From Strigamia acuminata (lineage: Eukaryota): a stretch of 64,000 nt of DNA. Position 1 is the first letter of the stretch, and each line of letters begins with the position of its first letter. The DNA is taken from positions 17,670,001 through 17,734,000 of the forward strand of contig OX442314.1 of the NCBI GenBank assembly GCA_949358305.1. Reading direction: 5' to 3'. This document shows positions 11,501 through 25,241 of the stretch, in pieces. The position numbers were made by a program, and so were the translations under genes. The notes beneath the pieces were generated by a model. That model saw nothing but the letters and a program-made list of their open reading frames with translations. It did not search any database and was not told the DNA's origin.

Positions 11501-14044
11501 AGCCAAGCTGCCATGATAGCCAGTCAGGCGCAACTATTAAATCCTCTTCAAGCTATAGGATCGATTCACGGAGGAATCTCGTGGGCAACTCCTGGAGGAA
11601 TGCAATCACCAACTTTACTGACTGCCCAGAATCCGATATTTATTCGCGGGCACGGGCAGCATCAAGATATGTTTTTACAATCCCCGCCACCTCAAGCTCA
11701 GCCCGCGATCCAACCCAGCCCCGGACTCCAAATCACAAAACCCAAGCAGGTGAGCACTAACTAACCTCATAGATTTTGTTATTTAAATTCTGTTAAATAG
11801 ATGTTTATTAGCGAATGGATCAGATCCAACCACTTTTGCAGGTTCGTCCAGCAGCTTCAGTTGCAACTCAAACAACTGTGACAACGAGTTTGGTGCAAAC
11901 TCAGTTGCCTGGTTTGCGCGCGCAGGTGAGTGGGATTAGAGAGCACGAGGTCACTTTATGCTAATTAGTTTGTCTCCCGACAGGTGAAACACAGAAATAA
12001 GGCACAGGTGAATCGAATGTCTCCAGGATCAGCTGCAGTTTTACATCAAAAAGCAGATGCTGCCAATCAAACAAAGTTACCAGGGCCAACCGGTCATCAA
12101 TCCATTGCTAGTCAAACCAAGACAAATAGTACTGGAGATAGTAAACAACCCGTGCAGAAAGGTGGGTTAGTTTAATTCGAACAAAACAGCTGTTGTTTTA
12201 ACGAGGAAAATTGCAAATTTAAATTATTTTTTTTATTGTTTTTTTTTCTTCTTCTTTTAATTTTTATTTTAGCGAGTGTAGAAACGCAAGCCAATGTTCC
12301 GATTATGCCGAAACCCACGCAACCGGCCGTGGCAACTAAGGCGATCGAGCAAGAAGAACCGATGGAAGTTGAAGAAACCGGAAGGACAGACAAAACAAAC
12401 GATTCTGCACCAACGCGGCATTTAGAAGCGGCGTTAACTCAATCGCAAATACTGCCAAAACCGATTGCACCCAAGCTGGAGAAAGCTTTAGTTTGTGGGA
12501 CATCAACTACCACTAGTGCAACAGTTACAACAACGACGACCACCAGTACAATATCAACATCAACTTCGACAATGGCAACTGTAGCACCCATAGAACCGGC
12601 AAAGGACAAACAACCGCAGAAGGCTATTGTAAAACCCCACGTCCTTACACATGTAATTGAAGGTTATGTTATTCAAGAAGGGCCTGAACCATTTCCGGTA
12701 CTTCTTATAGAATTTAAATTAAAAATTTTTAATAATCTAATTTGTTTTTATTTGAAAGGTGAATCGGTCGTCGTTGATTGCTGAGTGTCCGCCTAATAAG
12801 CAACAGCCATTGGAGAAGGATAATGAAGAAATGGAAGAATCGCCTAGTAATTCTTATTTCTGTTAATACTATATATAATTCTGCATCCTTTTTTTCCATC
12901 TTTACAAACTAAAATGTTTTACTAATTTACTTTAACAACATTTGCACACTTATTCCTAATTCGTAGGCCCCAAAGCTGACTTTGTGCCAACTTCGACTCA
13001 ACCTATTCTTCACACTCTGCCTGATCCTTGGAAAGATGGGGGGAAGCCTACCATTATCATAAAGGGCTTAGGCAGTACGTTTTGCATTAATACTTGTGGT
13101 TTCTTAATTCTATTCTAGTCGCTTTATTTTTTTTTTAGAGAAAATGTAAAAAAAAATGTTTAATACAATAAATAATTGTAATTTTTCTTAGAAAAAAGGG
13201 AAAAGTTGGAATCGGAATTAGCAAAGTGCGAATTCTGCGGGAAAATGGACGAAAAGAAGAAATTCAAAAGATCAAAAAGATTCTGCTCGACGTCTTGCGC
13301 CAAGAGGTACAACGTTGGCTGCTCCAAACGAATTGGTCTGTTTTCATCTTCTGCTGGTTGGTTTTATTGCCACCAACAAATTAATTAAAATTAGTTATTA
13401 GTGTTTCTTTTTCTTAATTGTTTATAGAAATGGAACTGAGCAAAAGCAGCAAAAAACACCACGGCATGAAATCGCGGAAAGGTTGGAGAAAATCGTCATC
13501 AAGAACAGCTGTTATTAGTCCAGAAGATGATTGGGTAAATTCATTTTAATTGGAAAGACTTTGGGCAGACAATCACAAACTGCATGTTAAATTTAATAGC
13601 AGAACGGTGGCGAAAGTTCACCTAAAGAGGAAACAACGGATTCGCATTCGGGCGCTGAAAGTTCTCTCTCACCAACAACACCGACGAGTCAGAAAGACAT
13701 GGAAGTTGATAACACGGAATCAGAACCACCGCCACAGTTACCCACCGAGAGAACGTTACCGAAGAGTCCAGTGAAATGGACGGTAAATAATTTGTGAGGA
13801 AATATTTAAAGTTTTATTTTTAAAAAATTTTGTTTTTTAGGTTCCAGATGTATATGAATTTATTAAAGCACTGCCCGGTTGTACAGATTATGCGGACGAA
13901 TTTCGGATACAAGAAATTGACGGACAAGCACTTTTATTACTTAAAGAGGATCATTTAATGACAGCAATGAACATGAAATTAGGGCCAGCGCTGAAAATAT
14001 GTGCTCGTATTAACTCGTTAAAAGAAGAAGTAAACAGGCAATAG
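8556..14044 (+). CDS. ph: Polyhomeotic-like protein (PRC1 subunit, Ph/PHC family), ~13 coding exons
   Basis: Long Q/T/P-rich N-terminus; HD1 motif KAIVKPHVLTHVIEGYVIQEGPEPFPV; FCS zinc finger CEFCG..KRFCSTSCAKRY; C-terminal SAM domain WTVPDVYEFIKALPGCTDYADEFRIQEIDGQALLLLKEDHLMTAMNMKLGPALKI; stop TAG at 14042-14044. Confidence 0.96.
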
Positions 14045-15356
14045 CACATGTCGCCAATCTGTTTGTGGTTGAAGAGATCGACGTCATCCGATGGGAAATG
14101 GTATGCTTGCCATCTTAGGCAGTTGGAATGAAAATGGCTTTTTGATTGGAAGAAAATAAAACTTACAGACTTTTTTTCAATAAATGCCTTGTTACCAATT
14201 CAAATTAAGTACCTGTGCTGTTGTGGGTTGAATATCAACCGGAAAGTGTTCAATGCAATCAATTGAAATTATTTTCTTTTGATTTTTTTTTTTTTTTATC
14301 TGAAGTTGATTCTATTTATTTCATATTTTTTATTATTTGTGAAACGTTGTATTAAATTTAAATTAAACTTCACATTTTTGTATTTGAGACATTTTTGGGA
14401 CCAAACAATAGAACCTAACAAGGCACTGTTCAATATTGAAATGTAGCCATAGACAATCAGTGGCCAGAATACCTAAAGGTTAGATTTTTATTTTGCATGA
14501 GGAAATATTTTTTTAAAAACAGTATAAGTAACTACAGATTTTTATCTAATTTAATTTGTTGATAAAGAAAGATTTAGTTAGAGAGAATAATATTTTATTA
14601 TTTTTAATGTGCAATAGCTGGCAATGGTAGTTATGTATTTTGATGTTTCATAGTTGAAGTTGTTGGTATATTGTAATAATCAAATTTAAAGTTAAATCTG
14701 GGTTTCAATTAACACTTGCCAGTTATTGGACTATGAATGTAGATGAGGAAAAAGGCACTTTTATGGAAGATTTTTTATATAACTTATCCACAATATGATT
14801 ATACATTTTTTCATTCTTTTATGTTTGGAAATTAAAATTCATATACGGTAGACACATTTTTAACACTTGTACATTTTTTTTTACGTTGTTTCGGTTATTT
14901 TTATTATGATTGTGCCATTGACTATTAAAAATAGCTTTAGATGTTACGATTTTTTACATTTATGTGCGAAAAAGGTATGTCTTATACCCTGACAGCTTTT
15001 GTTATAAAAAAAATTGTGAGATGTTGTATTTTTCATGTAAAATTGAGTTATTTCGACACTGTACAAAAACTTATTATTAACAGTAGTTCAGCTTAATTTA
15101 AAAGAATGTTCATATCTGCGTCTTTATTTTTTTTCGACTGGTGGACACGAAACAATTTTTAAAAGTCTAATTTACAGAGCAGAGAGCCATTTTTTTTCTT
15201 GCTCAGAAGTCGTCACCTCAGCTCAGGTTTATAAGTTTACCGACAGGTGTCACTAGTAATCAATAGCTCAAGTTATGATCGATAAAGCTCGTAATGTTGT
15301 CGATTAAAACTACAGGACGAACCGATTGAATTTGTCGACAGGTCGACAGCTTAGAA

Positions 15357-18300
15357 ATGGGAAATCAGTTGACTGGGATTGCACCTTCGCAAATATTTCC
15401 AGTTGAATATTATCTAACAGATTTGCCCGAATACACTTTTGATATTAGGTACAAAGTTACATGCCTATGGCTACCACCAGCTGAATTTAATTAACCGTAC
15501 ACTTTTAACATTTACAGTTTAGGTAGTACCCGTTTTCTTAAAGTTGCCCGAGCTAAATTCAGAGAAGGTCTAGTTGTAGTTAAAGTATTCGCCATTCACG
15601 ATCCAAGTTATCCATTAAATATTTACAGCCAGCAATTAGAAGGTAAAAATTCCAAATAATCATGCAAATATTTCTATTTTTAATAATCATTCTTTTTGTT
15701 TTGCAGATATTAAACTAAAGATAAGCAATGTTCCGAATTGCCATCCTCTCCAGAAATTCATCGTAAGTATTTAACCCAAACAAAATAAATATACGGTTAT
15801 TTTTATTTTAACATTAGAAATGTGTGTGTGTATTATATAGTTGACAGATAAGGCTGGCTTACTTTTTCGGCAGTACGTAAAAGATAATTTGTACGACCGA
15901 ATTAGTACGAGACCGTTCCTTAATAACGTTGAAAAGAAATGGATCGCTTTTCAGTTGTTGTGCGCTTTGAGCCAGTGTCACAAACTAGGGGTAAGTGTAA
16001 TTTAATTTATTGAAGTCTTACTTAGTCTTTTATTTAATGTTATTATTTAATAAAGGTGTGCCATGGAGATATCAAACTAGAAAACGTGATGGTTACCGGT
16101 TGGAATTGGGTCTTACTGACAGATTTTGCCAGTTTTAAACCGACTTATTTACCGGAGGATAATCCGGCGGATTATTCCTATTTTTTTGACACGTCAAGAA
16201 GACGAATTTGTTACATTGCACCAGAACGATTCGTTAAAACAATTAGTGCCGAAGCAAGTAATTTATCATTGCCCGATGGTAAAATGAAGGAAGGGAACTT
16301 GCAGCCATCTATGGACATATTTTCTGTCGGGTAATATTCGTTTATGTGATGCAAAATTACGAGCAATTTGTATAATTAATATTTCTTATCAGGTGTGCTT
16401 TGACTGAATTATTTACCGAAGGACATTTTCCTTTCGATCTTGGCCAACTTTTAGCTTATAGAAATGATGAATACAGTCCCAGCAAAATTTTTGAAAGAAT
16501 TGAAGACACCAATATTAGAGTATGTTAATTTCAATAAATATTTAGAATTATTTTTTTTAAAGCACTATTTTTATAGGCGATGTTATGCCATATGATTCAG
16601 AAAGAACCATCTTTTCGCTTGTCAGCTGAAGGTTATTTAGAACAGCAACGAGGGAGGGCATTTCCCGAGTATTTTTATAGTTATTTACGCGAATACATGC
16701 ACGGATTTGCTGGATTTCCAATTATAACTGCTGACGATAAAATTATCCGGTTGAAACGTGACTTGCCTAAAATCTTAAAGGCATTATGCAGTGAAACCGA
16801 GGAAATTGAAGGAAATTCAAATAATAAATCAGTCGAGGGACTAGTAATCATACTTTCGTTAATTACGTCTACTCTTAGGGCTTTGAGGGTAAAAACCGAG
16901 ACATAAACTTGTTGCAATTGAGTAATTAATTAATTTTAACTACCGGTATGTAGCAATGTTCGGTTAAACTCAGTGCACTTGAAATGATGTTTGCTCTAAC
17001 TCCACACTTGAGTGCAGAAATTATATTGGACAGACTCACACCTTACATGGTAAAATGTTTTTTTTTCTTACCCTAATTATAAATTCAAAAATTTAATTTT
17101 AATTTTATTTTAGTTGTACCTGGTTAAAGATGACCATCCTCGAGTACGTGCTGCATCACTGCGTGTGTTAACTAAATGCCTCGGACAAGTGACTTCTGTA
17201 CCGAGGAGCGACGCAAATATCTTTCCCGAATACATTTTGCCAAACTTATCGCACTTAACTCACGACGAAACTGTCGTGGTTCGTATTACGTTTGCTGAAA
17301 ATATTGCCGAATTGGCAGAAATCGCTCTCAAGTACAAATAACAAGGCAAATGAACATTGATGTGGTTTGTTAATGTGAGAAATGGTTGCAGGTTTCTTGA
17401 AATGGCTCAACTAAATACTGAAAACGATGAAACCGACACAGTTGAAGATGGAAGTGTACACAGTCACGTGCGTTTCTGGTACATTTGGTCTCGCTCTCTT
17501 TTAAACTTACTTATTTTTGTAGGTCAGTTACGATGCAGAATTACAAGCGTTGCACGAAATGATTCAGCAAATCGTCAGTACTTTACTTAGTGATTCTGAT
17601 AACATCATTAAACAAACATTAATGGAAAATGGAATCACTAGGCTTTGCGTATTTTTTGGCCATCAAAGAGGTTGAAAGTTTTTTTAAAACTTACTAATGA
17701 TTTTATTATTAATATTTTGTTGTTGTTGCAGCAAATGACATTTTGTTGTCGCACATGATCACTTTTTTAAATGATAAAGAAGACAGGCATTTACGAACAG
17801 CATTTTTCGATTGCATAGTTGGAGTTGCAGCATATGTGGGATGGCAGAGTTCATACATCTTAAAACCACTCTTGCAACAAGTATATTTTGAATTGATTAG
17901 TTTTTTATTAAATTTTTTAAAAATATTTTTCCATCTTAGGGAATAAGTGATCCGGAAGAATCGGTGATTGTCACAGCATTGAATGGAATGGCTAATTTAA
18001 CGGAGTTGGGTCTTCTACAAAAACTCACTTTATACGAACTGTTAAGCGAAATGGCACCATTACTTTGTCATCCGAATTTGTGGATTAGACATGGTGCGGT
18101 GGGTTTTGTATGTGCAGTTGCACGAAGTGTGAACGTTGCTGACATTCATTGTAAATTATTACCGCTAATTCTCCCGTTTTTGAAATATTCGGTCATTCAA
18201 GTAGACAAAGAGGTGAGCATATAATGCGCAACGTCATTATTCAACTTGTATTCACGTATTGCTTTTCAATCGACAGATAATGTTGCTGAGTGCTCTGAAA

Positions 18301-20836
18301 GATCCCATTCCACGTTCAGTTTACGATAGTGTGATACGCTCGCCTCACATAACCGCTTTGCTCGAGTCCCTTCACAAACGACAAATGCTGAGAGGAATTA
18401 CACGAATTGGACATCAACCTCAGTACGGTGAAATCGATGCAAACGTGCGCCTGTTGCATCGAAGACTGGTGGGTGATGCAATGACAGAAGCTGTTGAAGA
18501 TGTTTTACTGCTTATGAGAGAGTATCTTTTGAAAGCCTATTCTTCAAGAAGTACTTTAGAAAGCAAACACAAGCAAGGTAGCGAAGGACTTGTAGATTTA
18601 GCTCGAAATTCTCACTTTTTAAGACATCAGTTTGATTTGGTGAAGGAAAAAAATAGTGCTGCGGCAATTCACGGAGAAAATGCGCAGCTTAACAGAGCTA
18701 TTCGAAAGAAAACTGGTGGAAATCAAGATGGTAATGGGATCGTAATGAACGAAGAATGGCAACACATGTTTGGTGCAACTAACGCTCCTGCATCACCACG
18801 GATTCAGGGGCAAACGGAGAATGCAGCCTTAATGACTAAAAGTCTACCGCACGGCAATTTTTCTTCTCCGAACGGTGATTCCGACGTCAGTTCTAACGTA
18901 CCGTCTCACGTACCACGAATTATTGTGCCCTCGCACTCGCCCAAGAGAGTTGCAAGCAGCGATCAATTAAATTTTGCGGTGCAAAAAATACAAAGTAAAC
19001 ACGAACTAAAATTTGCAAGTAAATTTTGCTATTTATTATTTATTATTGAATTATTTTCCAGCTCAAATATCGGCTTGTCAAATCGAGTTGAGAGAACTCA
19101 TTTACAGGAAAGTGGCAGAAAGGTCCATAAACAGTATGAACAGTGAATATCGTGAGAGAAGTGTGGACATGGATAGAAAATGCCCTCCACCAACATGGAA
19201 GCCTAAAGGGCTCCTAGTTGCACATTTAGCTGAGCATCGATCGGCCGTTAATAGGTAAATGCGCGAATTATTGGTTGGATTATTAATTTTTTTTAAATTT
19301 TTCAATCTAGATTACGGGTTATACCTGGTACAAGCTTATTCGTTACTGCGTCTAACGACGGAACGGTAAAAATATGGGATTGTGGACGAATGGAGGCTCG
19401 AAGTATTGCAAATCGAGCTAGACAAACGTATAATCGTCAGGGAGGCCAGATTACTTCGTTAGCCGTTTGTCACAATAATCAAGCAATCGCTTCTGCGTCT
19501 GATAATCTAACTATTCACGTGTTTAAGTACGTTTATATGTTTAAAAGTGCAACTTTGACATTGGACTTACTTATTTGTTATTTTAATTTTAGGTACGACG
19601 TTGCTAACCTTAAAATACCTGCGCTCGACACGCGTACCCTCGACAAACATGAAGACGGATGTGTTGTGGATATGAACTACTACGATGCAGGTCAATATTT
19701 GTGGCTTGAACAAAACTACTGGGAGTCATTAATATTGATTCGCGTGGCTTTTTAGGGTCTCAGTCGGTTTTAACATACGCAACAGTGTACGGATCAATTT
19801 ATGGATGGGATCTTAGGTCACCGGGAGTTGCGTGGAAATTAGAAAACGATCCCCAACATGGTAAAAATTGTATTTTTTATTATTATTAACGGAATTACTA
19901 TAGCACGTTGAATTCAGGGTTGATCACATCGTACTGCGTTGATCCGCATCAATCGTGGTTGGTAGCAGGGACTGTAAAGGGGATTCATGTCTGCTGGGAT
20001 ATTCGGTTTCAGTTGCCTATTTCTACACTATCCCACCCAGCTGGTAAAATCCACAACTCTTTTTTTTATAATTTAAACGATGCATTTTTGCTCTAGTGTT
20101 GTTTCTTAAGGTGCACGAGTGCGTCGTTTGGAATTGCATCCTCACCACCACTCCTGGATCACATCAGCCGTCAACGGTAATAATGAAGTCAATATGTGGG
20201 ACGTAGAAACAGGTGCACGTCAATTAACCCTGTGGGCGAGTCCTGAGCCCCCTTTATCTCAGACCCAGGTATAAAATTTTAAAAATAAACACTTTAAATA
20301 ATTTCGTATTTATTTATTTTATTTTATTTTTATGAAAAATGAATCGAAAGGCTTCCAAACATTCGGTTCATGCACTTCAAGTGTGGCGAGGTGAGACGGC
20401 ACCGATTGTTCTAACAGCCGGTTCCGATATGAGAATTCGATTTTGGAACTTGGGGGCGCCAACACAATCTTTTGTAGCTGTCGGTGCGGCGAATGATGCT
20501 GTTCCACCTCTTGCCAGCTATCAGTAAGTCTGTTGTATATATTTTGTACAGTTGTTTTGAAAGATTGATTTTGTCTGATACACGATGCCGCAAATGGGTT
20601 TTTAATTTTCATTTGTGACTGTTTTATTGCTCAGATCGCGATTGATTGATGGCACCGAGGTGATTTGTGAGACCTATAAAAAACCACCCGAACAAAGTGG
20701 TGGCATGGAAGATAAAGGTCCGGATATGCCACCGGTCGGCCATAACGATTGCATAAGTGATTTAGCCATTTGTCAGGCGTCTCAAGTGTTCATTATTTCT
20801 GCGGCGAGGAATGGCATTGTTAAAGTTTGGAAGTGA
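15357..20836 (+). CDS. PIK3R4: Phosphoinositide 3-kinase regulatory subunit 4 / Vps15 (pseudokinase-HEAT-WD40), ~20 exons
   Basis: Myristoylation-type N-terminus [80 protein letters not shown] region; [20 protein letters not shown] and WD40 repeats ending GIVKVWK*. All introns traced as GT-AG with frame preserved. Confidence 0.97.
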
Positions 20837-21521
20837 ATTTTTTTGTTTTGTTTTATTTGAACTGTAAAAAAAATTTTTTCCTGTTGTTTTTTTTTATTTT
20901 ATTTTATTTAATTAATTTTAATCGATAGAAAAAATTATTACGTCATTTATTTTTTGTTTTTGGTTAAACGCATCAACAGCTTGCGTTCCCTAAATTGAAC
21001 TTTAAACATGAAAACCGGGTTACAATGAGTCAAACGAGGAAATGTCAGTTTGTGGCAATACCAATTTCGCAATTACCGACTTTATTGTATTATCAATATG
21101 GAATAAAGTATCATTTATTAAATTCAATTAAAAGTATATTTGTTCAGTTGGTTCAATTCAAAGCACACATCAAAAATCTCTTCTTTATTAAAGCGTCAAT
21201 TGGCGATAATTATTCCACAGCTATGTAATTATAATTAATTACTTTTTGGTTTTTAATCTGCGCCTATGGTCGACCAATAGGCTGAACTTACCGCTCGAAA
21301 ATGTTCTTCCCCAACTTATTAGTATGCAGTTTCCATTCAGGTGAACGTGTAATTTAAGTAGATGAACTGGAATTTGGAAAATTCAATAATAAACTCAGAC
21401 CTGTTTAGAGAGTATTGTAACTCAGTTTTCCCCCGTAGCCCATTTAGAAGATCATTGGCGACAAGTGTAGTGGTATTGAGGTTCAATTTTTTTTAGAGTT
21501 TTTAACGTCCAGTGTGGAAAC

Positions 21522-24161
21522 ATGGAAATATCGCGAGCTAACTTTATTCTGCGAACTTGCTTTCGGATGTTTTTCCTTTATTCAATTGTCCTATGCGCTC
21601 CGAGTTCAACACCTGATGACAGAGGTAAATTTGAATTTTAAATGAGCTTTCAGTTTGAGACTTTGGTTTTATGTTATATAATGTTTAATATTACTATTTT
21701 ATAACTCATGTAAGATTAAACCACGAACGTGTTTAAACGGTGTGTAAATGGCAAAAGGAAAGAAATTTGATTTTTGATATTGGAGATCTGTAAATTGGAG
21801 ATCTATAAATTTATAAATTAAAAGAGAGAAATAAAATAAAATGTTCAATACGGTAGAGTTTTCGTTTCTTTTGAGAATGAATAATGAAAATTTCAAGTGA
21901 TTTTGGATGTCTGGACGAGAGTCGAGTGGTGTTTTAAAAGTTTCAAGAGTTTTTGCTCTTCTGGGACACCTCGAAAACACTTTGCAAAATGTTTTTTATT
22001 TATTCTATTTTTATATCTTTATTTCTTTATTTCTTTATTTCTTTATTTTTTTTTATTACTTTATCCAGATCCGAATTATTGGAACCAGCATGCAAAAAAT
22101 CACATTGAAGCTGCCTTAAATCGTGATTTTAATACCAAAATTGCCCGGAATGTAATATTATTTTTGGGCGATGGTATGAGCATACCAACTTTAACGGCTG
22201 CACGCATATACAAGGGGCAAAGGAAAAACCAGAGGGGAGAAGAGGAATTCCTCGAATTTGAACGTTTCCCACATTCGGCTCTGATCAAGGTTACTAGATA
22301 AAGATCTTACCTCCACAATAGACATTTTTACGTTGCTATATGTTGGCTTTTGATACAGCGACAATAGAGTTCTGATAATGTCGTGCAAATTCACTTTTTA
22401 TTTGTGTTTGTTGGGTCAATTACCTTTTACTGAATCTATATTTTTTATTAGACTTACAATGTGGATCGTCAAGTCCCTGATTCTGCAGGCACTGCTACAG
22501 CATTTTTAAGTGGCGTTAAAGCAAATTACGAAACAATTGGTTTGAATGCATACTCCAGGTATAATGAATGCAGTTCAGTGGAGCATAGCAAAGTCAAATC
22601 CATCGGAGATTGGGCGCAAGAAGCAGGTATTAATTATACAGGGTGGGCTAAAAGTCACGAACGGTTTTGTTTTTTGAATAACTTTTTATTTTTAATTTCT
22701 CGACTTTGCAGGGAAAGTTGCCGGTGTTGTCACAACGACTGCGATCACTCATGCGACACCTGCAGCTCTTTATGCACATGTTCCAAACCGAGATTGGGAA
22801 TCTGATAATTTCATGAGGCCAATGGATGCTCCGTGTAAAGATATTGCGCGACAATTGGTCGAAGATTTGCCTGGTAGAGATTTAAAAGTAACTTTTTTAT
22901 AGTCCCGATAAAATAAACTCGTCGTTAAAACGTCATCAAATAAATATTGATTTTCCAGGTGATTTTTGGAGGAGGGAGTCAGCATTTTCTTTCAAATAAA
23001 AATGAAACTGGAAAGTATGGAGTCAGATTGGACGGCCAAAATTTAATAGAGAAATGGAAAAATATGAAAACGAGCGAGGATAAACCGAGGAAGTTTGTAT
23101 CCACGACGGGCGAATTAAATGAAATAAAAATCAATGAAGATGGATCAATCCTGGGTAAATTGCCCTAAATCTGCGCAAATGTTTATTTCAAAATAATTTA
23201 TTTAGGATTATTTGCTGATCGACACATGAGCTACGAAAGTGACCGCAATAAAAATTCAGATGGAGAACCGTCTATTACCGAAATGACTCTCAAGGCAATT
23301 GAAATACTGAACAGGCATGAAAAAGGATATTTTCTCCTAGTGGAAGGTGACAAGCAATATTTTTATACAAAATATAATTATCTCGCCTAACGTGGAAATT
23401 AATTGAGCAGGAGGCAGAATCGATCACGCGCATCACGATTCGATCGGACGAAAAGCCTTGGAAGAAACATTGGCGATGGAAGAAGCTATCATTGCTACCA
23501 CAAAAACGGTTGATTTATCCGAGACACTTATACTCGTAACGGCAGATCACGCTCATGTTATGACAATTAATGGATACCCTGAAAGAGGCAACAACATTTT
23601 AGGTAAAAAGATCTACGCTATTTTATTTACGCTTTGCAATTATTGTACGTTCAATTCATTACATTGAGTGCCGTGCATTTTTTTTAGGGTTAGGTGATAT
23701 ATCTGACGTAGATAAACTTCCGTACACAACTTTAATGTATACCACCGGACCCGGTTTTAATTACACGGAAAAGGGACAGCGGTATAACATTAGCCTCGTT
23801 GATACAAGTACATGAGCAAGAATGATGACATTTGCCGATCTAATCGGAATAAATTAGCTCGTAATTAATAAATTATATTGCAGCTGATTTGAATTACGTA
23901 CAGCTGGCAGCAGTTCCCCGTAAAGATGAGACCCATGGCGGTGATGATGTAGCCATTTATGCCCGTGGTCCAATGGCACATTTGTTTCATGGTTTGCAAG
24001 AGCAAAATTATATTGCGCACGTTATGGCCTATGCATCGTGTATTGGGCCATACACCAAGGACTGTTCGAGGCGCGCCGGTTCAAGCAGTAATAAACTCAA
24101 TAGTCAAATTGAATTACTAATTGGGTTGTGTATTTTAACAATATTTTATCGAAAATTTTAA
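21522..24161 (+). CDS. Alkaline phosphatase, secreted/GPI-anchored type
   Basis: Signal-peptide exon 21522-21624; [20 protein letters not shown] (catalytic Ser); [25 protein letters not shown]; hydrophobic C-terminal tail ([14 protein letters not shown]) like a GPI signal. Confidence 0.95.
22637..22690 (+). mobile_element. Tc1/mariner-type terminal inverted repeat remnant inside an alkaline phosphatase intron
   Basis: TA-CAGGGTGGGCTAAAAGTCAC...TTTTTGAATAACTTT resembles CAGGGTG-class mariner/MITE termini. No partner TIR was found nearby. Confidence 0.3.
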
Positions 24162-24290
24162 AAAACATGTAAAAACGTGTAGAGTTTTAACAAAGGAAAA
24201 TATGTACTCATACTCAATACATTACCAAATATAAATAAATAAAATGGTTGCGGGTTGGGTGCATCGATGGCATCGCGGGTTGATGGTTTC

Positions 24291-25241
24291 TTAAAACTTT
24301 GTTTTACTTTCTTCTACATATAACTGCATCTAAATATTAACAATTTATAATTACTTAATTAATTAATTAATGAAAACTTGGCATGCTAATTAATACCTTA
24401 AAAATCTCGTGATCCATATATTTAAGTGGTAAAATGTGAGCTTTATTTACAGTTGTTTGAAGAGGATCAGCTTCTACCCATGGAAATTGAAGAAACTGAT
24501 AAAAGTTGAATTGTAATGTTATAAGTATTATTTAAAACGAATTAAATTTATTTGTAACATTTTGTGCCGATTCCACTTCCATGCTTGCAGCTGCACTTTC
24601 ATCTGTGTGAACTTGAATCGTGAAATAACATTCAGGTGGCAGACGCGTCAGTGAGGCATCACAGACGTTTAACTTCAAACAAAATTCTCTAATTGCTTTT
24701 TCTAATCGCAGCAAGTAAGAATCATCCCTTCGAAAATACAAATTTTGTTAAATTCAGGAAAAAAGATCTTGAAATGGCTTTAATTAATGATTAATGAATA
24801 CTAACAATTGGCAATTAAATTTCCGATGCAGATCGACTTCAAAAACAAACTTTTCCAATGGTTTGTGATCCTTATTAGAAATGACTACACAAATCTTCTC
24901 TAAATTTATCTTGACGAGCAATTTTATTGCGTCTAAAATGTCCTGAATGTATTTATTAATGGCCTGATGAGTAGAAATCTAAAAAATATATATAAAATAA
25001 AATAATTGAAAAAAGAACACAATTAGATTTTTTTGATACCTACATAAACTGGTATATCATATTTTTTTCGTTTTTCAAAAATGTTTTGAGGATAGAGTTG
25101 CCTTTTATATAATATTGAATGAATGGCGACTTCAAGAAATTCGATAAAAATGTCTACCGATACTTTAATCCATAATTTAATTAATATTCGTCATCTTAAT
25201 TTGTTGCTGCATTATTTTGAATATTTACCTACATTTTCCAT
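24291..25241 (-). CDS. MAD2L2: MAD2L2/Rev7 HORMA-domain protein, 6 exons
   Basis: Spliced product MENVVSVDIFIEFLEVAIHSILYKRQLYPQNIFEKRKKYDIPVY-ISTHQAINKYIQDIL..PLEKFVFEV..LEKAIREFCLKLNVCDASLTRLPPECYFTIQVHT..FPWVEAD..ILPLK..KMQLYVEE matches Rev7 motifs. Confidence 0.93.
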
